A stretch of 64,000 bases of DNA from an uncultured Chthonomonadaceae bacterium. GTDB lineage: Bacteria > Armatimonadota > Chthonomonadetes > Chthonomonadales > Chthonomonadaceae. The translations under genes were made by a program, and so were the position numbers. Positions 59,520 to 64,000 of the stretch are shown here, piece after piece. The notes beneath the pieces are model-generated. The model was not told the origin of the DNA. It saw only the letters and a program-made list of their open reading frames with translations, and did not search any database. Each line of letters opens with the position of its first letter. The first letter of the stretch is position 1. Location of the stretch: the NCBI GenBank assembly GCA_963817895.1, contig CAWFQB010000002.1:224001-288000 (forward strand). Direction: 5' to 3'.

Positions 59520-60663
59520 ACTCACCTTACGCAGGCGAGCAGTTTGTAGTCACAGATTTGCTGTTGTTGACGGTAGAATAGTGTCATGGACAAACAACTT
59601 CTGGACCTTTACTCAGACTATCTCCTTTGTTCGTTCGGCCTGACTACCGCGACGGGCCTTTCCACCCTGCTCGACGGCGCGATTAGCCACGACAAGATCA
59701 CGCGGTTCTTGTCAGGACGTGACTTCACTTCTTCGGACCTGTGGCATCTGGTCAAACCCTTGGTACGGCAGGTACAATGTGAAGACGCAGTTCTGGTCTT
59801 CGATGACAGCATCGAAGAAAAACTCTATACGGATGAAAGCGAACTCATTTGCTGGCATTGGGATCATTGCTTCAACCGCAACGTGAAGGGCATCAACATT
59901 CTGACCTGTTTGTATCGCGCGCCCACTGCCGCTCTGCCCGTTGCCTTCGAGTTGATCCAAAAGTCGGCTTGGGAAACGCATAAGAAGACGGGCAAACCCA
60001 AGCGAGTGTGTCCCAAGACCAAGAACGAATACCTGCGCGAGATGGTGGCGCAATGTCAGAAGAACCAATTGCCTTTTCGCTATGTCCTGGCCGACGCTTG
60101 GTTCAGCGCGGCAGAAACGATGATGCACCTCAAAAACGAAGGCAAAACCGACTTTATCTTCCCGATTAAGGCCAACCGCAAGGTGGCTTTGTCCCAGGAA
60201 GACAAGTTGGCAGGCCGCTATATGCCCGTATCCTCGCTTTGCTGCGAAGCGGACGCCGTATTGAACATCTGGCTGGAGGGGGTAAACTTCCCCCTTCTGC
60301 TGTGTAAGCAGGTCTTTACAAACAAGGACGGCAGCCAGGGCGTTCTCTATCTCGTGACGAGTGACACGACGTTAAGCGGTTGCGACATCCAGACGATCTA
60401 CCAAAAACGGTGGAAAGTGGAAGAGTATCACAAATCGGTCAAGAGCAATGCGAGTTTCGCCAAGTCGCCGACCAAAACTATTCGGACCCAGAGCAACCAT
60501 ATCTTCGCCTGTTTATGGGCGTATGTGAAGTTGGAAAGTCTGCGTTTGCAGACGCGCTTGAACCATTTTGCGATGAAAGGCAGGCTCTACAAAGCGGCCC
60601 TTGCCAGCGCCTACCGCGAACTACAACTGCTCAAAGGCATGAGTGCGCCTGCGTAAGGTGAGT
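59520..60663 (+). mobile_element. Complete IS701-family insertion sequence
   Basis: 18-bp perfect TIRs actcaccttacgcaggcg / cgcctgcgtaaggtgagt; flanking direct repeat GAGGA (59515-59519 and 60664-60668). Confidence 0.9.
59586..60656 (+). CDS. IS701-family DDE transposase
   Basis: SHDKITRFL, VLVFDDS..EK, YVLADAWF, YQKRWKVEEYHK. Confidence 0.9.
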   Translation: MDKQLLDLYSDYLLCSFGLTTATGLSTLLDGAISHDKITRFLSGRDFTSSDLWHLVKPLVRQVQCEDAVLVFDDSIEEKLYTDESELICWHWDHCFNRNVKGINILTCLYRAPTAALPVAFELIQKSAWETHKKTGKPKRVCPKTKNEYLREMVAQCQKNQLPFRYVLADAWFSAAETMMHLKNEGKTDFIFPIKANRKVALSQEDKLAGRYMPVSSLCCEADAVLNIWLEGVNFPLLLCKQVFTNKDGSQGVLYLVTSDTTLSGCDIQTIYQKRWKVEEYHKSVKSNASFAKSPTKTIRTQSNHIFACLWAYVKLESLRLQTRLNHFAMKGRLYKAALASAYRELQLLKGMSAPA

Positions 60664-60811
60664 GAGGAAAAAGTCGCGCTGAAAAGCGCGCAGGTTAGAG
60701 AGGCTACGCCCCGCTCTGCGCCGCCGGGCAAACAGGGATTCAGCAGATTGGGATGCCACTGCCGCTTCGCGGGCAATTGCATTGAGAGTGATAGAAAAGT
60801 CTTGTTCACTC

Positions 60812-61582
60812 TCACTCTCCACTCTTACTTCTCCGCAGTTTCTCCAGCGCGCGCTTCCAGGCGTTTCTCTCCTCGCCCCATGCTTCGCCCCGGAAACGGT
60901 AGTCGTTTTTGCGGACGATCTCTTCCAGTTCGGTTTGCAGGGCGGCGAGTTTCGCGCTTTCCAATTGCAGCAGGCGGGCGGCGGCAGGGGGAGCGGACGC
61001 CGCGACGATTTGCGCGACATGGGGAACGCATAAGCCGGGATTAGTTTCCAGCGCGTTCCAGACGGTTGTTTGGGCGGTGGGATGATCTAATCCGGCGGCA
61101 AGGGCGCGGACATAGCGCGTGTCAGCCTGCTGCTGCTGTACGCAGGCGGGGCAGGGCGCGTCGGGGGATTGTATTTGGCGATGGCCGGAGCGCAGGCGGC
61201 GCAACAAAGACAGTTGCGATTGTTGGGGAGATTGTTGCTGCCAGCGTTCGCGCGTCAGGCGGGCAAGGTCGGCATACAGTATGGAAATGGCAAGCGCTTC
61301 ACCCATGTTCGATAACACGCCGGTATGCGAACCGCAAAATCCCTGCGCGCTCCGCAGCATTTCGCGGGCGGCAGGGTCGTTGACATATTCGGACAGAAAC
61401 GTTCGCAGCCAGCGCTCTACGCTGCGCGCGCTCAGGCGGCAAACCACGCAGGCAGTTAATGTTTCGGAGGTCGGGGAAATGGACGAAGAGGCAGGCGCGG
61501 GCGCAGGCGCTTGCAGCGCCGTCACCAGTTCGTACAGCGCGGATTCGAGAGGCATGGCGGAACGGTCAGGCGGCGTTTCCAC
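60812..61582 (-). CDS. DUF6062-like Cys/His protein
   Basis: CVVC..EYVND..R..GFCGSH..CPAC..GLCVPH..KNDYRF. Confidence 0.7.
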   Translation of the reverse strand: METPPDRSAMPLESALYELVTALQAPAPAPASSSISPTSETLTACVVCRLSARSVERWLRTFLSEYVNDPAAREMLRSAQGFCGSHTGVLSNMGEALAISILYADLARLTRERWQQQSPQQSQLSLLRRLRSGHRQIQSPDAPCPACVQQQQADTRYVRALAAGLDHPTAQTTVWNALETNPGLCVPHVAQIVAASAPPAAARLLQLESAKLAALQTELEEIVRKNDYRFRGEAWGEERNAWKRALEKLRRSKSGE

Positions 61583-61587
61583 AGGCG

Positions 61588-62853
61588 TCAGGGCCGCATA
61601 AACCAGCGACGCGGGCCACGCGGCGCATTGGCTTGTTCAGGCTCGGATGAGCGCGACTCGGATGCTTGCGAGTCGGACAACTGCGCTTCGGTTTGCGGCA
61701 AGTCGGTTTGTGAAGGTTCAGGTTGTTCCACAGATTGTTCTGAATGTGTTTGCGCAGGCGTCGTCTGAACTTCAAAATCTTCCCTGTGAAGCGCGACGCC
61801 GTTCAGCGTGCCGTGAAGAAAGCGATACTCTTGCAGTGATACCGCAGTGTTGGGAGGCGCGATGTCATTAGCAGGGGAAGCCACACGGGAAGCAACGTCG
61901 TTGGCGGCGGCAGGAACGCTCTCCGTATTATGCGCTTCCAAAAGTTCGTTAGAAGGAACATCCTCCCTGGTATTGGCCTGTTGTGGTCCCGCGGCAGAGT
62001 TCGCCTCCTCGAACGCGGGCGGCGTGATTTCAAACTCCGTAACCGGCGACACAAACGTCGTCCCCGCGTTCATCGTCGGCTCAAAAAAACCCACAGGCAA
62101 GGATGAAGGATGCAGGATGAAGGATGAATCCTCCCCTTCTCGTATCTCGTATCTCGTATCTCGTATCTCTTCTTTTCCCTGTCCGTCTTCTCCCCCGTCT
62201 TCCAGCAACAGGGGCGGGGCGTCGCCTTCGAGGGCGGCGAGTTCGTAGGGAGTCAGGCGGGCGACTTCGGAAATCTCCAGCGGGCGTTGGGTGGCGCGAA
62301 CGTTCTGGCGCAGCTGCTGGATTTCCGCGCGCTGGTACTGCATGGCGAGGCTGACAGCCTCCATTTGCCGCGTGTTCGCCTGCACCTCGCCGGCAAGCGT
62401 GGTAAAAGCGTCAACGGCCAGTCGGCGGGCTTCCGCTTCCATGTTGGCCTGATGCGCCCTGTTGTCCGTTTCCATCGCGTTCAGGCGGGCAGACAGGGCT
62501 TCCACGGTTGCTTCCAACGCTTCGAGGCTTTTGGACTGCTGAATGTTGATGCGTTCGACCTCTTCGGAATGTTGAACTACGTCTTCCATCTGTGTCTCAT
62601 GCTGACTGCGCAGTTGCGTTATCTCCTCGCTCTTATGCGCCAGTCGGGTTTGCAGAATTGCCGAGCCGAAAACGGGCAGCAGGGCCAGCAGCGCGAAACT
62701 GTCTATCAACCATAGCAGGGGCAACTGACGCTGCGCCCACCACAGGGCAGTGGGGTTCAGGCTGTTGCTGGCTTCCGCAAACGTCGCGCCCAGTACAAAG
62801 GCGACGGCAACAACCACGCTGATAATGATGCGCAAAATAGTGCCTGGTTTCAT
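61588..62853 (-). CDS. Membrane-anchored coiled-coil protein
   Basis: Two N-terminal TM segments, coiled coil, low-complexity tail with heptamer-repeat insert. Confidence 0.65.
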   Translation of the reverse strand: MKPGTILRIIISVVVAVAFVLGATFAEASNSLNPTALWWAQRQLPLLWLIDSFALLALLPVFGSAILQTRLAHKSEEITQLRSQHETQMEDVVQHSEEVERINIQQSKSLEALEATVEALSARLNAMETDNRAHQANMEAEARRLAVDAFTTLAGEVQANTRQMEAVSLAMQYQRAEIQQLRQNVRATQRPLEISEVARLTPYELAALEGDAPPLLLEDGGEDGQGKEEIRDTRYEIREGEDSSFILHPSSLPVGFFEPTMNAGTTFVSPVTEFEITPPAFEEANSAAGPQQANTREDVPSNELLEAHNTESVPAAANDVASRVASPANDIAPPNTAVSLQEYRFLHGTLNGVALHREDFEVQTTPAQTHSEQSVEQPEPSQTDLPQTEAQLSDSQASESRSSEPEQANAPRGPRRWFMRP

Positions 62854-62920
62854 AGCAAAACCTCTAAAAACCTCGAAAATGTGAAGTCCTCCAGAATTCT
62901 ATGTAGAGGCTGCTCTAGTT

Positions 62921-63469
62921 TTACTTTAACAACTTGGTATTGCATGTTAGAATAGAAATGCCTGATGCTTGAAAATCGCCGTCGTGAGTCACAAGTGTAA
63001 TATTTCGTTTTTCACACAACAGTGCCAGCATAAGATCATTGAAATCTGACACTCCCTGTTCAAAAATATCTAACATTGCAGCTTGGTCAACAGTTGACAA
63101 CCCGGTTTCTATGGGTTCACAATCGTCAAGAATGCGCCGCGAGTAATCTGCTATGGCTTCTGCTACAGGTTTGAACAGGTTGCTGTTCCGATACGCTTTG
63201 AATGTAAGCGCCTCATCTTCTCTCCGTGCCAATTCGTACTCTAAACGCGCATATCGGTTCACGTATTCCGATAGTACAAGAACATCAATATATAAATGGC
63301 TGCTTGCTTCTTTGATGTTCTTGTAGGCATCGGAGTATGCCCAGAGCGCTTTGTTGTATGGGTCAAGGTAATATGGCGCATAAATTAACAGCCAAATGTT
63401 GGCATCGAAAATCAGTTCATCATCAGAAGTAAACGTGTAATCAGAGATGCGGCGGGAATTAGAGGCCAT
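62921..63469 (-). CDS. PIN-domain nuclease
   Basis: LIFDANIWL, LSEYVN, DFND, LVTHDGDF. Confidence 0.85.
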   Translation of the reverse strand: MASNSRRISDYTFTSDDELIFDANIWLLIYAPYYLDPYNKALWAYSDAYKNIKEASSHLYIDVLVLSEYVNRYARLEYELARREDEALTFKAYRNSNLFKPVAEAIADYSRRILDDCEPIETGLSTVDQAAMLDIFEQGVSDFNDLMLALLCEKRNITLVTHDGDFQASGISILTCNTKLLK

Positions 63470-63818
63470 TTTCTACTCCTACCACTTGCCGGGCAGCTTC
63501 AAAACGAGAGGGGTCTTTGAAGTAGCGTTTGGCTGTATCAACAACCCGTTTCAGTAATGCGCGATCATCCGCGTCCATATCAGCAACGGACAGCCTCGCG
63601 CGTATAGTTTCCTCGTCAAACTCTCCATACAATTGTCCTATGGCAGGGTTTAGGAAAGCCGAGGTAAGGCTGTCAACATTCATGAACGAGATAACAACTT
63701 GTCGTCCGCTTCGTAAAGCGTCAGAAATCTGATCATGAACTTTCTGTCCATCACTGGCAGCCACGCAAGAGGCGCTGCCAACAACTTCGAACACACGTAT
63801 GGTTATAGAACTACTCAC
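63459..63818 (-). CDS. STAS-like (DUF4325) protein
   Basis: SDGQKVH..VVISF.NV..LTSAFLN.AIGQLY; GTG start taken at 63818. Confidence 0.8.
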   Translation of the reverse strand: MSSSITIRVFEVVGSASCVAASDGQKVHDQISDALRSGRQVVISFMNVDSLTSAFLNPAIGQLYGEFDEETIRARLSVADMDADDRALLKRVVDTAKRYFKDPSRFEAARQVVGVENGL

Positions 63819-63831
63819 GTTGCGCCTCACT

Positions 63832-64000
63832 TCAGAATATATCTTCATTGCTGACTTCAGAAGTCAGACAGTAAAAGGATGTGTCTGCGGTATTAACCTC
63901 AATATTTACTACTGTGCCTGGAAAGCAATTCCGGAAACTACTCATGTAAATTTGTCCACCTTTATAGCGCCAAAACCCTGTGTCTGAGGTGATCAGAATA
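63832..64000 (-). CDS. C-terminal end of a HATPase_c-like ATP-binding protein (partial)
   Basis: Own translation: ILITSDTGFW...FPGTVVNIEVNTADTSFY...EDIF*. Confidence 0.6.
   Translation of the reverse strand, partial: ILITSDTGFWRYKGGQIYMSSFRNCFPGTVVNIEVNTADTSFYCLTSEVSNEDIF

Overview
Bacterial DNA, possibly from an Armatimonadota-like metagenome assembly (weak inference from gene style), with many single-base frameshifts that look like sequencing errors. It has two parts. (1) Positions 1 to ~34328 are the right part of a large integrated element. Its end cuts the comM/yifB Mg-chelatase-family gene at the Walker B motif; the integrase and left end are outside the window. The element carries a replication initiator with internal iteron-like repeats, a duplicated mosaic of unknown genes, a Cas4/AddB-like nuclease and a dense defence cluster. 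That cluster comprises a type I RM system with an extra Cys-His-Asp gene, an XRE / ImmA-IrrE / BpsA(DUF43)-like / EVE operon under a 33-bp palindromic operator, and an RsAgo-like catalytically inactive long-B Argonaute coupled to a DpnII/MboI-like nuclease. It also includes a three-gene operon in which an unknown protein and a PNP/MTA-nucleosidase effector share a ~30-aa N/Q/S/G-rich motif resembling amyloid signalling (RHIM/BASS-like) motifs. This operon is the best candidate for an undescribed system. (2) Positions ~34330-64000 are host chromosome: comM 3' half, wecB, recJ, HNH-AP2 endonuclease, ATP-grasp, LLM monooxygenase, dipeptide epimerase, topA, GH5, S74-tailed repeat protein, DUF58, S9 peptidase, an intact IS701-family element and a HATPase-STAS-PIN triad. 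This part has many short heptamer and palindromic repeats. No rRNA, tRNA or CRISPR array was recognised. All family calls are by eye from motifs; no searches were run.
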